From the NCBI RefSeq assembly GCF_009914755.1, contig NC_060928.1: 64,000 bases of DNA; one strand, 5' to 3'. Shown here in pieces: positions 25,025-40,741 of the stretch; position 1 is the first letter of the stretch; every line of letters begins with the position of its first letter. The stretch is from the human T2T-CHM13v2.0 reference genome, Homo sapiens. The notes below the pieces were generated by a model. The model was not told the origin of the DNA and ran no database searches. It saw only the letters and a list, made by a program, of their open reading frames with translations. Position numbers and translations under genes: made by a program.

Positions 25025-26960
25025 TTATCTTAAAGATATTCTTCATGTCAGAACTGGTTAGGAGGCCTGTCTGCTGGGGATGGCCTCCCCAATTTGTGTC
25101 AATAAAACATATCAGTGTTGAAGGAAATAGTAAATGAACTACTTTTTGTTCATGGCTCTCTGGGAGAAGAACAGACTCCCCCAGATTTCCATATGATTCC
25201 CTTCATATGGAAGAATGATGACAGCTAAAGAGCAAATGCTGACAAAATTGACAACCTTTTCTGTCACCTTGCCCTCAATAAAGTAGCCAGGCTATCTAAG
25301 GTGCATAGTCAGAAACCCAGACGTTTAATGATCACATTCTCTGAACCAAAATGTCTAACATTTGCTCTGACATGAAAAAGGAAATGGGATGGAATTCCAG
25401 GTTCCATTTACACAGTCACTGCATATGCTTGGGTTCTTTCCCAAGCAAAAATCACAGGAGCTACTTCCCAACAATAGACGATTTCTTTGACACCAAGGAT
25501 TTGAAACGAAATTTGATTCTTAACTTGTCTGTAAATTAAATGCAATAAACATATATTTTTGTACTGGTCATTAACTATATTATGAATTTAAAATTGTACT
25601 CAATAGTATTATTTTGTAACTTATTGATTATCAAACATGAAAAGGAAGGTGGCAGGATTATTAAATTACAGATTGTAAATTTGCTATGGAATGATCTAAG
25701 TGAACATGATATTTTCATCCTGACAAAAATCACAGCATAGAAATAACAGCTGTGTAATATACTAACTGCATATGAAGTCTGAAAAACATACTTTAAGTTT
25801 TTAATTGCCAGTTTTACTATACATAGCTTAAAATGGGCTCTCCAAAGAAATAATTATTATTTTAGGATATAAACCTAATTTGAACTTTTTAATTCCAATT
25901 ATGTTGACAGCATTGTTTTAGGGGAAAATATCACATGAAACTCCATTGATATCAATATTAATAAATCTAAACTCAAGTGTCTTTACCCTAAAATCAAATT
26001 ACCAGTAAAATTATGACACAGTGTTTGGAGAAATAAAGCAATCAATGAAAAAAAATGATCTCATGTTGTGCCAGAATGATAAAAGTTCTAAACTACACTT
26101 ATTTTTTTACTTTTTACAAAAAAGTAAACAATTGTTTTACAGTTAATGAACCTTCCTTTCAGAATTCTTTTCCAGACTTTATAATCTTAAACGAGTGTTA
26201 AGATTTGAAATTTGCGTGGAAATTTAGATTTGAGAGGTATTGGCATGAAAATGGTGTTTGGAAACTCTGGGTGTGGGTGAGCAGAGCCAGGGGACTCATG
26301 TAAGAGCAGAGTCAGAGGAAGAGCAACCTCTAAAGCTTAACTGGAGAGAGAGCAGTCTGGAGAGAATATCAAGAAGAAACAAAAGAGACAGGAGGATAAG
26401 CACATCTGATGTGGACGTTAGCATATGATTGCATTTTCCAGGCCTGCCAAAATAAATTGGAAGTTATAAAAAATACTTACTATCCCAAATCATCATCTGA
26501 ATAATAATGAGACATCAACACTACCTTTTATATATAACCTAAATTCGGTGACTTTATTGTCAACTAAGAAACTGCTTGTACACAATCATGTGTACGTGTA
26601 TTTAGTCATTTACTTGAATAGGAAATTTGTTTGAAAATGTGAAATTGCAGATTTACCTCAAGAGGATCTTTGTAAAACACTTTCCTAGATGGATGCTACA
26701 ATAAAGACAAGATAATTTCTATTATTCATGGTTATATTAGCTTAAAATGTTGTGCTAAAACTTCTTAAAGCAGTTTTTGTTTTAGGACCCAAATGAATTA
26801 TTTTTAGAATTATGAGTATTATTGGAAAGTTATAATGATTCTTAATTTTCCAACTTGATTCAACAAATATTACGTAAGTCCTAAGTGGGATCAAGTTAGA
26901 AAGCAAGGCTCTGGCTCAGAAAGCTTTGTAATTTTTTGTTCTAGAAGAATTTGATAGTGA

Positions 26961-27288
<328 letters not shown>

Positions 27289-28109
27289 TTATATTTTATA
27301 CTTTTTTTGATATTTTGGTATGTGCATAAGAATACCATGTTATTATGAAGCTATTTTGAATGTGAAAGAAAAGAAACAACATACCACAGCATATTCTAAC
27401 TATTTATCTAACTTGTATTCAATTTTTGACTTTTGTACATTTTAATTTTTTTCTCTATTTTAAATAGTGCCACACTAATTAATTTTTGTGACCATCTCTA
27501 ATCTTATTTCCTTAAGATAACATCCAAGAAGTAAAATTACTGGTGCAAAGCCCATGCACATTTTGAAAGAATTTGATAAATATTGCCAAGTTTCTCTTCA
27601 GAGAGTATCAATTTACGCTCCCTTGAGCAACTTATGAAAGGGCCAAGTGTTATACCTGTGTGCACATATATACACATGGGCACGTTAACTTTGCCCAAAA
27701 AGTTTGTCCAAAAAATTAAAAAATATTTAAATATGAGACTTTTAACAGACAATGATGACACTATGGATATCTTTTATTTTTATCATTTTAATAGGCGTGC
27801 AGTTATATCTCATTGTAATTAGGGAAGCAGATTTCACAGCTATATGGATGAGGGTTGTTTAGAGGCAGGCAAAGCGATGTTAAGACGGCTATAATCATCT
27901 AGATATGAGAAAATGAGAGCATCAATTAGAAAAGTTAATGGGGATGGAATGGAAATCAAAGAGCAGGGAGATTACTTTTGAGAAGTTACATTTGGTAAAA
28001 TAATAAGTTTTATAGACAACAAAGAAGGTGGGATGATGAACTACAATATTCTTAGTGATTTTGAAATCCAAGGTAGGAAATTAAGGGACTTGAAACAACG
28101 CGAGTTTAT

Positions 28110-28860
28110 TTGTTTGTGGTATAACTTACATTTAGTTAAATGTACTAATGTTGATAGATAGCCTATGAGTTTTGACAAATACATAGTCGTATAACCTTCA
28201 CCATAATCAAGATAGGGATCAGTTCCATCACCACCCCAAATTTCCTCATGCACCTTTGTAGTCAAACCTGTTCCTACTACCAAGCACTAGCAACCAGTGA
28301 TCTGTTTTCTTCCCAGACAATTCTATTTTTTCCAGAATATGTAAGAAACAAACTCATACAATATGTGGAGGCTTTGGAGTCTGGCTTCTTTCACTTCATG
28401 TAACATATCTGAGATTCATCCATGTTCTTGCATGTATTCATTTTTATTCATAAGTAGTGTATAGTATAAATATACAATTTCTTTATCTATTTACCAGTTG
28501 AAGGATCTTTTTTTGGTTGTTTCCAGTCTGGGGTTACTGTGGATAAAGCTGCTATAAACATTCACATACAGGTTTTTGTATGAATGTCAGTTTTTGTTTC
28601 TCTCTTATAATTATACAGCAGTAGCATAGTTTGGTTATAAGATACATAGTTTTAACTTTAGAAGGAATGACTAACCACTTGGCATTTCCATGAATAATAT
28701 ATGAGAATTCTAATTGCTCCAAATTTTTGCCAGCACTTGACATTGTCAATATCTTTCATGTTATTTTAGTAGGTACATAGTTATATCTCACTGTGGTTTT
28801 GTTTTGCATTTTCCTAGTGACTAGGAACACTGAACATATTTTAATGTATTGGTCAGACAA
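28110..28860 (-). mobile_element. Old L1 (L1MD/L1ME-type) 3' fragment
   Basis: atgagttttgacaaatac...ctggcttctttcactt...gagattcatccatgtt...gctgctataaacattc; further old L1 pieces at about 27480-27820 and 33400-34600. Confidence 0.75.
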
Positions 28861-30200
28861 TGTTTTTAATTCTTCTCTTGATTGATGGTTATAACTCTAA
28901 AGAAAAAGGATAAATCAGTTTACGATATCAAACAAAAACATTTAATTTCCTAGGTCACAGCTTAAGATAACAAAATAATAGCAAGGGATAAAGTAAATCC
29001 TTTCGGACAGGTCTAAGATATTTGCTGAAGATTGCTGATACAACTAAATGTGCCTTAAAGTAATATATGAAGGGTTGAGGAAAAAAGATCCCAGAAAACA
29101 ATATAAGAAACAATTGGTGTGATATAAAAAGAATACCAAAAATAAAAACTGACAGTTTGAAGGAAAAGCAGTAAACATGGTTTGAAACAGTATTTCCATC
29201 CATCTATACACCAAAGAACACAATGTTAGTAATTAGAGCAATGCATTTGAAAACTTAATAAAAACAAATAAATGTTAGTATTCCTAGAAGTTGCTGGCAA
29301 TGGGCATATGAAATATTTCTAGAGCAACAGGAAGATAAGCCTTATTTGATATAAACAGTTTTGACAAATGGGGAAGCATAATAGCACTGAAAGTTAAGAA
29401 TGTGTCCATTAATATGGAAATGAAAACATTTTACAGAGCATTGGAATCAGGATGAAACATAAAGAAAAGTGCAAATGTTGTGTGGGCATGTTACCTAGGA
29501 GCAGATTTGTGTAATGCTTTCATCTGTGTATTATAAAATGGGAGGACAGGCAAAACGATAAGTTCCCTCGCTAATCTCTTGGAAACTCCATTGTGTCCTA
29601 GCAGAGATCAGTTATCTGCCCTCTACAATGTTACTGTTTACATGAAGAAATTAAGATTTTGATGCTAAAGTAGAAGTAAGCAATAAAATATAAAGTAAAA
29701 TTAAAATAAAAGTATATGATAGATAACATTATATGTAATAGAAATAAATGTAAGAATACAGTAGAAATCATCAACACAATGTATCCCTTTATTCATCAAA
29801 TTCCTGTTGAATGAGTTCTGAATGAGCACTGAGGAAAGTTGAGTGAATAGAGCGGTAAACTCAACACAGCCCCTCTTCTCATGAAGTTCATACATTAATC
29901 GAGTAATTATAATAAAAAATGACAAATATTAGGAATGACAGGGTGCTTTGAAAATGCAAGGTGCTCTCCAATTAGTTCAAATATGTACATTTATGAAATA
30001 TGAAACTAGGATTAATAGAAAATTGTAACTAGAGCACATATTAGGGTCCAGAAAGCAAAGACCAGAATAAATTGAAATTTATAAATGAAATATCAGTTAT
30101 GCTACTTGCACAGTGGTAGAATGTTGACTTGGAAGAACTATTGAACTAATTGCACTGATCTCCATTAAAAAAAATGGACAGGAAGGAGTTTAAGAGGTTA

Positions 30201-30665
<465 letters not shown>

Positions 30666-31105
30666 CTATTCCATCTTTTATTAATTTGTCTATTCATTTT
30701 TAAAACTACTTTAGTATTTTCTATATGTCAGGCACTGTGCTAATAAGGTTGATATGAAGTTTAAGTCATAGAGAACATGATCCCTGACCTCATGAAAGCT
30801 CATACTCTTGTTGGAAGTAAGAAAGACACCAAAGCAATTACAGTTGAGTGTGATGAATTCAAGAAGACAACTTTGGAGCATCAGGCAGCAATGGAGAGAA
30901 CTAAAGTGATTTACTCCTAGGGATGAGGAAAGATGTCAAAAAGAAAATGACGCTTTATTGGAGTTTGATTTTTGTTGGTAATTCAAGAACAAGTAGCCTA
31001 TTAAGCACAAATATGAGCAGGTACTTATAAAGGTACCTAACCATTTTTTAAGCGTTTTAATAATAAAGGAGAAAAATAAGTCAGGTGGTGTACAAAAGTT
31101 GATTT

Positions 31106-31404
<299 letters not shown>

Positions 31405-33961
31405 AAAAGTTGATTTCTAACTCATTGTATAACAAAGTACAAATAGCTTCAGTTGGAAAATCAGTGCCATTCAATCTTTAGTTGTCTGTTATAAGGCTCT
31501 GTACTTGTCACTAATCCATCAGGTATTTTTTTTCTAGTACGTATTTTTATCGATAACTTGGAGGAACGCATGAGACATAAATTTGGAAATGATAACAAAG
31601 ATAGGGGAGGGTGGCTGAAACATCTATACAGAATAAAACTGAATGCTTTCTATGGACAGAGATGGTAACTCATGTCTAATAAGATAAATTTTATTATCAA
31701 TAATAATTGTAAATTCATGTTTAAATGAATTAAATAGACATGAGATTTTAGAAAGCTTCAATACATCAGAGCACAGGAGACCTGTTATGAGACAGTGTGA
31801 TACAGATGCAGAAATAGACAATGAATACTTAATGCTTGTGTTATCTTGACAGAAGTGTAAGTTCATTTCAGCAGGGGTAACTAGCAATTGCTACCATAAC
31901 CTACTATGCTTGGGCTCAACTGGTACAATATGTCCAGTTCTGGGTGCCATGGACATGATTTTATATTTTAAAATGTGATTATTTTGGCAGAGACTTGGAA
32001 AGTCCAGACATACCTAAAATAGCAAAAAGAGGCACAGAAAGGAACTTAAAACAGAAGCAGTCGAAGCAGGTACAGACAAGTGGCTGAGGCATCCTGAGCA
32101 GATAATCAGTAGGCACCATGAAAGATGTCCTAGAAGGCAAGCTGTGTGCAGTCTCAAGAAGTTTGGGCTACTGTAACAGTAGTAGTAGATGCAGACCTTC
32201 AATTAAACTTAAGTGTAGCCCTACTCCAGATGAATGACCCTAAAAAGAAATTGGAAAATGGGGTAAAATAGCACCCTCTGAAATGACTCAAAGAACTACA
32301 GCAAGGCAAGACCCAATTCCTAAAGTAATGGAACATAAAGAAGCAAAAAATGGAATGCTGCTCCTGGACATTAAATAGCAGGCAGAATCCTTGATCCTGA
32401 AGATTCAGAGTAGAGCCAACAGCAATGCAGATAAATCTAATGTTTTCCACAGTTTCTTAAATTCTCCTTATAGCACAGCTTTGATCCCTGATTCATGAAC
32501 AGGGCCAAGGTTACAGGTGACTGTGATTTTTTATATTTGGGAAAATTAAAATTATAGAGCTGATCAAATTACATAAATAAGTTAGTGTTCCCCCCAACTC
32601 TACTGCACAATTGATACATTCCTAGTGAAACCCATTAATTGAAACTTCTCCTGTGAGTTGATCACTGTGCTAAATTCAGAGAATGTAAAAATAAATGAAG
32701 CAAATGCTTTGATACAGAATATTCACATTACTATAAGTAATGAAAAGTCATTGATGTTTTTAATGCAGGAAAATAATGGGCAAAGTTCTGGAATGTTAAT
32801 GAGCAGCAAAAAAGGGATTTGATAATCTATTCACATGCAGCAAAGTGAGGTTAAAGGAATGTTAGCCAGTCGAAATATTTGTTAAAAGGTATTACACACA
32901 TGTAATATTTTAATACTTTTCTTAATAAGGAAAATAGTTTATAGAATATTGCAGAGAATATATCAAGATAATTCTGATTAATTTCTCATTACATAAGTAC
33001 AATATTAATATATTTGCTTTGCAAAAAATTTTAATAATACAGGCATGCCGTTTGTTCACATTTTATGTGAATTTCAATTGTATGGCTATGAAACAAAATG
33101 TATATAAAAATTTATAGGTCTCACTTCATGAGAAAAATATTACACAAAACAAATAACTTCCAAATTAAAAATCATCAACAATCACCTGGTTTGAAATGAG
33201 TGGATGGTAAACTACATCATTACCATAAGGTGGCACCAGAGTAACTGTGGCAAGTAGTATAAGCGCTGAATTCTTCTGACCTTGTTTCTGCATTTACATA
33301 ATTATGCATTATGTTTATAACCATATTCATAATTTGAAGCTTTCACAACAAATGAAATTATTCTATATGTAATGTGTGAGCTGTAACTTTCTGTCTTCAG
33401 TAAACCAAACCTGTTGGAGAATCTACCTCATTCTTTAATTGCTGTCTAATATTCCTCAGTGGGAATATGTTACAATTTATTTAACAAGTCCTGCATCAGT
33501 GATCATTTAGGAGTCTTTAAATTTTTCAAGAATGCAAGTGATATCATTTTGAATTGAAGAATTGTCTTTGTGCACATGGACAAGTATGTCTGGAGTATAT
33601 ATATACTGCCAGAAGAAATGTTTGGCTCAAAGTAAATTAACCTTTTTAATACTGATAAATATCGTCACATTGTCCTATTAACAGCTATAGCAGTTTACAC
33701 TCCAGCCAGCATTGCATGAAAAGGCCCATTTTCCCTTATATTGACATGACTGGATATTTTCTACGTATCTTTTTAAATGTTGCCACCTTATATTTAAATA
33801 ATGTTATTATTGCTAAATTTATTATTTCTGAATTAGTAATGAGGTTGCATATGCTTTAAAACTTTTAGTGACCTTTTGTGGGTTTTGTTCAATGATTTGC
33901 CTACTGATACATTCTCCGTTTTTTAACTTATTTTTTTCTGATCTGTAAGTGAAGACCATTT

Positions 33962-34111
33962 TCTTATTTTTATTTATTTTTTATTTAAAAAATTAGAGAT
34001 GGGGTATCACTATGCTGCTCAGGCTGGTCTCAAACACCTGGACTCAAGCCATCCTCTTGCCTTGGCCTCCTGAAGTGGTGGGGTTACAGGTGTGAGCCAC
34101 CATACCCGGCC
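33962..34111 (-). mobile_element. FLAM/Alu left monomer
   Basis: Single reverse-complement Alu left arm with a T-rich tail. Confidence 0.85.
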
Positions 34112-34857
34112 TCATTTTCCATTTTTAAGGGAGAATTTTTTTTTTCTTTTCAGAGTTTTTCATATGTTATGAATATTAGTCATTAGATTGCCATGTCTTC
34201 TAATTTTGTAACTTATCATTAAACTTTGAAAATGGTGGTTTTCAATGCAAATGAGTTTTAATTCGTAGGTCAAACATGATAATGTTTTTCTCTTATGGTT
34301 TCTGAGTTTTGTTTTCCTTTGCTTTGCTTTGTTTTGCTTTGAAAGAATTTTTTAAAATTTTAAAGCTCTAGAAAGATATTCTCCTTTTTTGTTGTAATGC
34401 AATCATATTGGTTTTTTTATATTTAGTATTTTTGTATATGTGGAATTTATGTTTCTAATATATATTCAATACCACCTTAGCACCATGTATCGAACAGATA
34501 TTTTTCTTCTCAGTGATTTAAAGCATTACCTTTATCAAGTACCAGTTTCAAATATACATGATTTGTATTGAGATAATTCTATTCTGTTCTGCAGTTGACA
34601 AGAATGTTAACATTTCACACCAATAAATGTAATGGATCACAGAATTTTGCCCACTTTACTGAAGGAGATAGAGAGATCAGAGCTAAGGGATTTGCATGAC
34701 GTCCTGTGCCCAGATCGACAGGCATCCTGGGCCGTGGAGCCCATTTTTCTTACTTAAAATTCAGTCTTTTTCCTATTCTGCTGCAAACTACGATTTGAGA
34801 TCAACAGGAAAATAGGTCACTTTATTCTCTTTTACCTTGATTCTTTTTCCGTAACAG

Positions 34858-35004
34858 AGGAGTATTCAAGCTGTAGTCGGCATCCGTGCCAAAATGGGGG
34901 CACGTGCATAAATGGAAGAACTAGCTTTACCTGTGCCTGCAGACATCCTTTTACTGGTGACAACTGCACTATCAAGCTTGTGGAAGAAAATGCTTTAGCT
35001 CCAG
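34858..35004 (+). CDS. MMRN1: MMRN1 EGF-like domain exon (probably exon 7): (E)EYSSCSRHPCQNGGTCINGRTSFTCACRHPFTGDNCTIKLVEENALAP(D)
   Basis: Acceptor ttctttttccgtaaCAG at 34855-34857; six-cysteine EGF pattern including CQNGGTC; donor CAG|GTAAAA at 35005; 147 nt, phase 1-1. Confidence 0.96.
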
Positions 35005-36250
35005 GTAAAAAAAAAGTATACGCATCTTTGGATTTGCTCATTGTCATAAATAGAAACACGTTTTGAAAATATTTATTAATGAATATTTAAGCCTGCTTAA
35101 TCTGGATCCACTTGACAATTCCTTTTACTTTTTCGAAACTTACTGAAGAATGTACCTGATTTACAAGTGGAAATGTCCTTTTGTTAGGCAAATTCTTATT
35201 CACATGCACCTGTTGAAATTTTCAATATTGCTATATAGAGGCAGTTTATGGAAAATTCTACCCCCTCACAAACTTTTTTTCTCTTGTGCATCCTAAAAAT
35301 ATATGGATGTATATATCTGACTGATAGAAACACTTTCTCCTCAAACAAGCAGTTAAAGAAATACGCCTTTGATTTATGTCTGGTATGGTCATTTAAATGA
35401 GGCTTTAATACATGCTTAGTAACACGTTTTCTGTGAAGGTTAAACTAATGGCACCATTTTGACTGTGTGAGAACTGTTAGAACATGCTCAAATGTATTAA
35501 GTAAAACAAGATGGCTTTTTTATTTATTTAAATTCATAAGTATTGGTGCTTTGGATTTACTTCAGGAGTGCACCATTTCTGATTTTTATACAGAAATGTA
35601 TGTGCAGCATAAAAATGTGTTATTTAATGACTGCAAAAAAACCTATTTCAAATCAGCTTTTTCTTAATAATATCCTGCATAGTGAAATGTAAATTTTTTA
35701 GTCTGTTTTTAGATCTCAGCCTTTGTAAGTACAATTGGCATTAATTACACAGAAAATTGCCTTTGTCTACTTTGCTGCAGTGAATATGACTTTATATGGT
35801 TTTCGTTTTAGCCTTTAGAAACTGCTTGACAAGGTGCCGGAAAAATTGTTTCTACATCATGTCAGCTTCAATTCCTGCAAGGGGCTTTAAAACATTCTGA
35901 CATAACCATAATAATCATAGAGTGCTTTGAATTCCTTTATCTCTGGGGAGATCAAAGCAACATGCAAATTATCTTTGAGGCATTTCTGTGAGGAAGGTAT
36001 CAAATGTTATTTTTATTCTGTCCTGATCTAAATGGAGAAACTGAGGCAACAAGAGGCTAAGCAATTTAGAGTAATTTACCCCAGAGAAGAGACAGGCATT
36101 GAGACACGTGCACCTTTGCTAAGTTTGATGGATGGCCTTTCTCTTCTGCTAAGACTTTTTGTAACTGAGATAAAAATGACGAAGATATAAGGAAAGACAA
36201 AATAAGATAAAAACATGAAAATTAACTCTTGCCATTTTTTCCTCTAACAG

Positions 36251-36672
36251 ATTTTTCCAAAGGATCTTACAGATATGCACCCATGGTGGCATTTTTTGCA
36301 TCTCATACGTATGGAATGACTATACCTGGTCCTATCCTGTTTAATAACTTGGATGTCAATTATGGAGCTTCATATACCCCAAGAACTGGAAAATTTAGAA
36401 TTCCGTATCTTGGAGTATATGTTTTCAAGTACACCATCGAGTCATTTAGTGCTCATATTTCTGGATTTTTAGTGGTTGATGGAATAGACAAGCTTGCATT
36501 TGAGTCTGAAAATATTAACAGTGAAATACACTGTGATAGGGTTTTAACTGGGGATGCCTTATTAGAATTAAATTATGGGCAGGAAGTCTGGTTACGACTT
36601 GCAAAAGGAACAATTCCAGCCAAGTTTCCCCCTGTTACTACATTTAGTGGCTATTTATTATATCGTACATAA
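36251..36672 (+). CDS. MMRN1: MMRN1 last coding exon (probably exon 8): C-terminal globular C1q domain ending ...TTFSGYLLYRT*
   Basis: Acceptor tttttttcctctaaCAG at 36248-36250; gC1q motifs (VAFFA, ILFNNLDVNYG, TGKFRIPYLGVYVF, LELNYGQEVWL, TFSGYLLY); TAA at 36670-36672. Confidence 0.97.
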
Positions 36673-37092
36673 GTTAGTATGAAAAACAGACTATCACCTT
36701 TATTGAGAAACAGCCAGTGTTTTCATTTATCTTTGCTTGCACATCTGCTCTGTTTTGGTTTTTCTACAGGAAATGAAAATCAACTTGTTTTTTTAATATG
36801 AGTAAACTTGTATGTCTATTTTATAAAATTATTTGAATATTGTTTAATGTCTGAATATGAAAGAGTTCTTGATCCTAAAGAAATTTAGTGGCACAGAAAA
36901 CAAAGTGAATTTGTTAGCATAATTATTCCTATTCTTATTTCTTCATTTTAAGTCATTGCAATGGAAAGTAATATTATAAAACGGTAATTACAACATATTA
37001 TCAGTCACAGTTTTCTTTCCAATTAAACACTTAACTTTTGTTATTCCCTGTATATAAATATATAACACACATTTTCTAGATTCACAAATTTA

Positions 37093-37098
37093 AATAAA
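37093..37098 (+). terminator. Proximal polyadenylation signal AATAAA
   Basis: AATAAA about 420 nt after the stop, with upstream TGTA and a U-rich tract downstream (37119-37150). Confidence 0.6.
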
Positions 37099-37499
37099 TT
37101 ACTCAAAAAATGAAAATTGATTTTGTAAACTTTTATTTTTACTCTTTACGTTGAGTTGATCAATTTTCCATACTAAGATTTTCATTCAGAATCAAAATTA
37201 AGAAAGTTGGACTGAAAATATGAAAAATGCTTAACTATTGTTCTCTTCCTATAATTCTCTAATTATAACATAGTAATTTACATGTAGTTGGACATGTACA
37301 CTCAAGTCTAAGAATATATGAGTGGATCATTTACCGCCCCCCGCCCCACAACATCTATAAGGGGCAAAAAGTCTTTTTCTAATAAGTATTCTTCTATGGT
37401 AGTACCTACAGATCTGCCCTTCTTCTTCTAAAGGGTAAGTCATAATCTGTGTAATACTACAATTTATGGGATGCTCACTATGCCCTGTTTCTCTTCTAA

Positions 37500-37690
37500 A
37501 CAATTTACATGTAATGTCTCATTCCTCACAATAACCCTTGTAAAGTGGGCATGATTACCATGATTTTTATAGTTGAAGAACCTAAGACACAGAGACCAAG
37601 GCCCATGAGCTCATAGGGCTGAGGCAGGATTTGGAATCAGGCCATGTCTTCTCCAGAGCCCACATCCATCCTTTCTCTATATTGCCTCCC
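37500..37690 (-). mobile_element. MIR SINE within the distal 3' UTR
   Basis: tcctcacaataacccttgtaaagtgggcatgattacc...aagacacagag...caggatttggaatcaggc. Confidence 0.75.
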
Positions 37691-37847
37691 ACAGATGTGC
37701 TAAAATTTATTTAACTAATCCTTTATCCTCTATTTGTGTTGTCTCCCATTTTTTATTATTACAATATTACTGTGGTGAACATGCTTAAAAATACATTCCT
37801 TGGATATCTGACAACGTGTTTCTGAAAAACAGATTTTCATAAGTAAT

Positions 37848-37865
37848 AATAAAAATAATAATAAA
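37848..37865 (+). terminator. Distal polyadenylation signals (two AATAAA)
   Basis: AATAAA at 37848-37853 and 37860-37865, followed by GT/T-rich sequence (gttttggtatggt...cttttttat). Confidence 0.6.
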
Positions 37866-38598
37866 AAAGTTTTGGTATGGTAAGCCTTTTTTATGAATTG
37901 ATTTGTTTAATGATCACTATAACATAATGAATTACATATTAACCTATGATATTTGTACTACATATTATTACTCTCTTTCTGCCCATGAGAATCAGAAGCA
38001 CATAGAAGTTAAGTAATTTTCTCAGTAGTATAACCAATGATGGAGAATTTCTGGGACAAAGGATGATCATAATTTTCCATTTCGATGGGTACTAACAATC
38101 TAAGTCTATGAAAAACTGCTCTTTATACCCCACACATCCTCATCAAAATTAACAATTTTTGAAATATTTCCAGTCCTGAAAGTGAATATCTTCTATTTGT
38201 AGAAGATACTTGAAAATTTTTCAAATTTGCTAAAACTTGAAAGCATACATCCATACAAAGACTTGTAAGTAAATGTTCATAGTCAGTTTATTTGTAATAG
38301 CTGAAAACTGGGAATCACCCGCATGTCCCGCGACAGACAAAGGGTTACGCAAACTTTCGCATACAAATACAATAGAGTACAACACCTGGGAATTTCACAA
38401 TAACTATGCAGAAGATTTTAAACTGCAGTCTAACAAACTTTGTCACCTCTGCAAGGAGGAACTCTAAAGTAAGTATTGTCCATCAGAATGTCCTGCGCTG
38501 AGTCAAAATAATCAGGCCTTCATACCCTAGCCTCACTCAGTACTAGATTCAGGCTGCCAAAGAAGAGTGTGACCTAAGAGTTAAAACCGACAGCTGGA

Positions 38599-38977
38599 TG
38601 CATTAGTCCATCCTCGCATTGCTATAAAGAACTACCCAAGACTGGGTAACTTATTAAGAAAAGAGGTTTAATTAACTCACATTTCCACAGGCTGTATAGG
38701 AAACATGGCCCGGAAGGCCTCATGAAACTTATAACCACAGCAGAAGGTGAAGGGGAAGCAGGCACGTCTTACGTGGCTGGGGGAGGTGGAAGGGGGAGAG
38801 GTAGGAGGTGCCACATACATTTAAACAATCAGATCTCGTGTGAACTCACTATCAGGAGAGTAGCTGGGGGGAAATTCACCCCCATGGTCCAGTCAAATCC
38901 CACCAGGCCCCTCCTCCAACACTGGGGATTATAATTCGATATGAGATTTTCGTGGGGACACAAATTCAAACATATCA
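38599..38977 (-). mobile_element. MSTA/MSTB-like MaLR solo LTR
   Basis: tgcattagtcc...ggggacacaaattcaaacatatca; TSD-like ctgga/ctgaa. Confidence 0.88.
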
Positions 38978-40741
38978 CTGAATGATGACAATTTTTATCC
39001 TGTTATGTGTAAACATGTCATTTTCAAAAACATTTAAAAAGTTCTTATGATATCTTCAGTCCCTGCCTAAAAATTTACTATAATCTAAATTTTTAAAATT
39101 TTATTTCTTCAAGGACTCACAGATTAAAATACAATTTTTGCTTTCCAAATATACTTTTCAACATAGATTTCAGTGATTTCATTATATTGTTTTTCTTTAC
39201 TGTTACCAGAACAGAAGGAAGTAAATCATTTGACAATGTTCATCATTGCATTGTCCAATATAATTTATTGATTTTTAATTAGATAATAACATTTAGCATT
39301 AAATAATGCTTTGGTGTTTGGAAATATAATTATTAATAATAGTCTTTATTTTTATATGGATTCATAGAATATACAATTAAATAACAAATTGCCACCAATA
39401 GCCAAGAGGCATTATAGCAACTTTTAAGTTGCTGTGAACTTGCTTGGCTATATTTTTAAAGCCACTCAATATAATCAAAGATAATTTAGTATTGTATTTT
39501 TAATGGTCATCTTCAAACTTATTCATGTAGAAAAAAATATAGCACTGGAACGTTTCTTTATTTCTTCTATGGACATAGCCAAGTACCTTGAATATTATTT
39601 TGTAGATTCAATTTCAGAGCCCTTCTCTCTCACAATATCTTCCTGCCACACCAGCTCCCAAAGTACATCAGGTCACTAATTACTGATGAAAATCTCAAAT
39701 CCATTCATTTATTACTTAATAAGTAGCTAATTATATACCTAATTGAAGGTACATAATATAGGAGGCATGTTAAATTATATATAACAAATAATAAAAAGTA
39801 TATAAAGTAAATCAGTACAGACAAATGTTGCATTTGAAATACATAATCCGGGGTCATGATGGCATTTACTACCACCAGAATCATGGATAGCTCTGTAAGA
39901 ATGAGAAATTTATCTTCAATAACCACCGGTCTCTTTTTTTTTTTTTTTCTTTGCACTATTGACCAATCTTCTATTACCTCCTTTTGTATCATTCCCAGAA
40001 TTGAGAGACTTCCCATACAAAGCCATAAGTGTCTACAATTGCTCTTTCTTACTCATTTCACCGGTTAAAATTCTCAATTTGGAAGAATAAGCTAATATTA
40101 GTTAATCATTAAGAAATGATTAAAATAAGCCATCCTAATTTTCATTTGGCTTGGTTTTTAGTGCACATAGAGATAATTTTTTGGTTGTTGTTCATCTGTT
40201 TCAAAATATAAATTTATTAACTCACATTGGAAACCTCGTGAGCCATACATAGTATATGTCTTCAACAAAGATAATTTTCAATGTAGCAAAATTTTTCTCA
40301 TTATTCAAAATTTTTTCTATCATTTATCATTGCAAGGCACCTGTGGGATACATTAAAGCAAAAATATAGGCCTGCCCTTCCTAGAGTGTACAATTTAGCT
40401 GAGTTGCTCTCCTGTGTGGAAGGAAGGGATGTTTGCTTATTTCCTGTCCCGGTGATTTCAAACCGAGGGTTTCATCAACAGCCTGGGGAGTGTTATTAAG
40501 AACCTTCCCTTCAGTGCTTTTACCACAGCTCAGTGAGAATTCTCAATGAGCTATACTGCATTTGTGTTCAGAGAAAACAACAATAAAGTAGTATTTATTT
40601 CTCTGGGCTGACATCCTAATTACATAATCTAAAACTCTGGGAAAAGTCCAAATTTTGGAGTTTTTATTATATTTACTCATGAATTGCTTCATCAACTTTC
40701 AAAGCCAGGGCTTTAGTCAAAACACTTTTCAGATTCCAACT

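Larger units (their letters stand above)
36673..37885 (+). other. MMRN1: MMRN1 3' UTR (long form; end approximate)
   Basis: AU-rich sequence after the stop codon, running to the distal AATAAA pair. The end is inferred from the signal positions. Confidence 0.65.
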
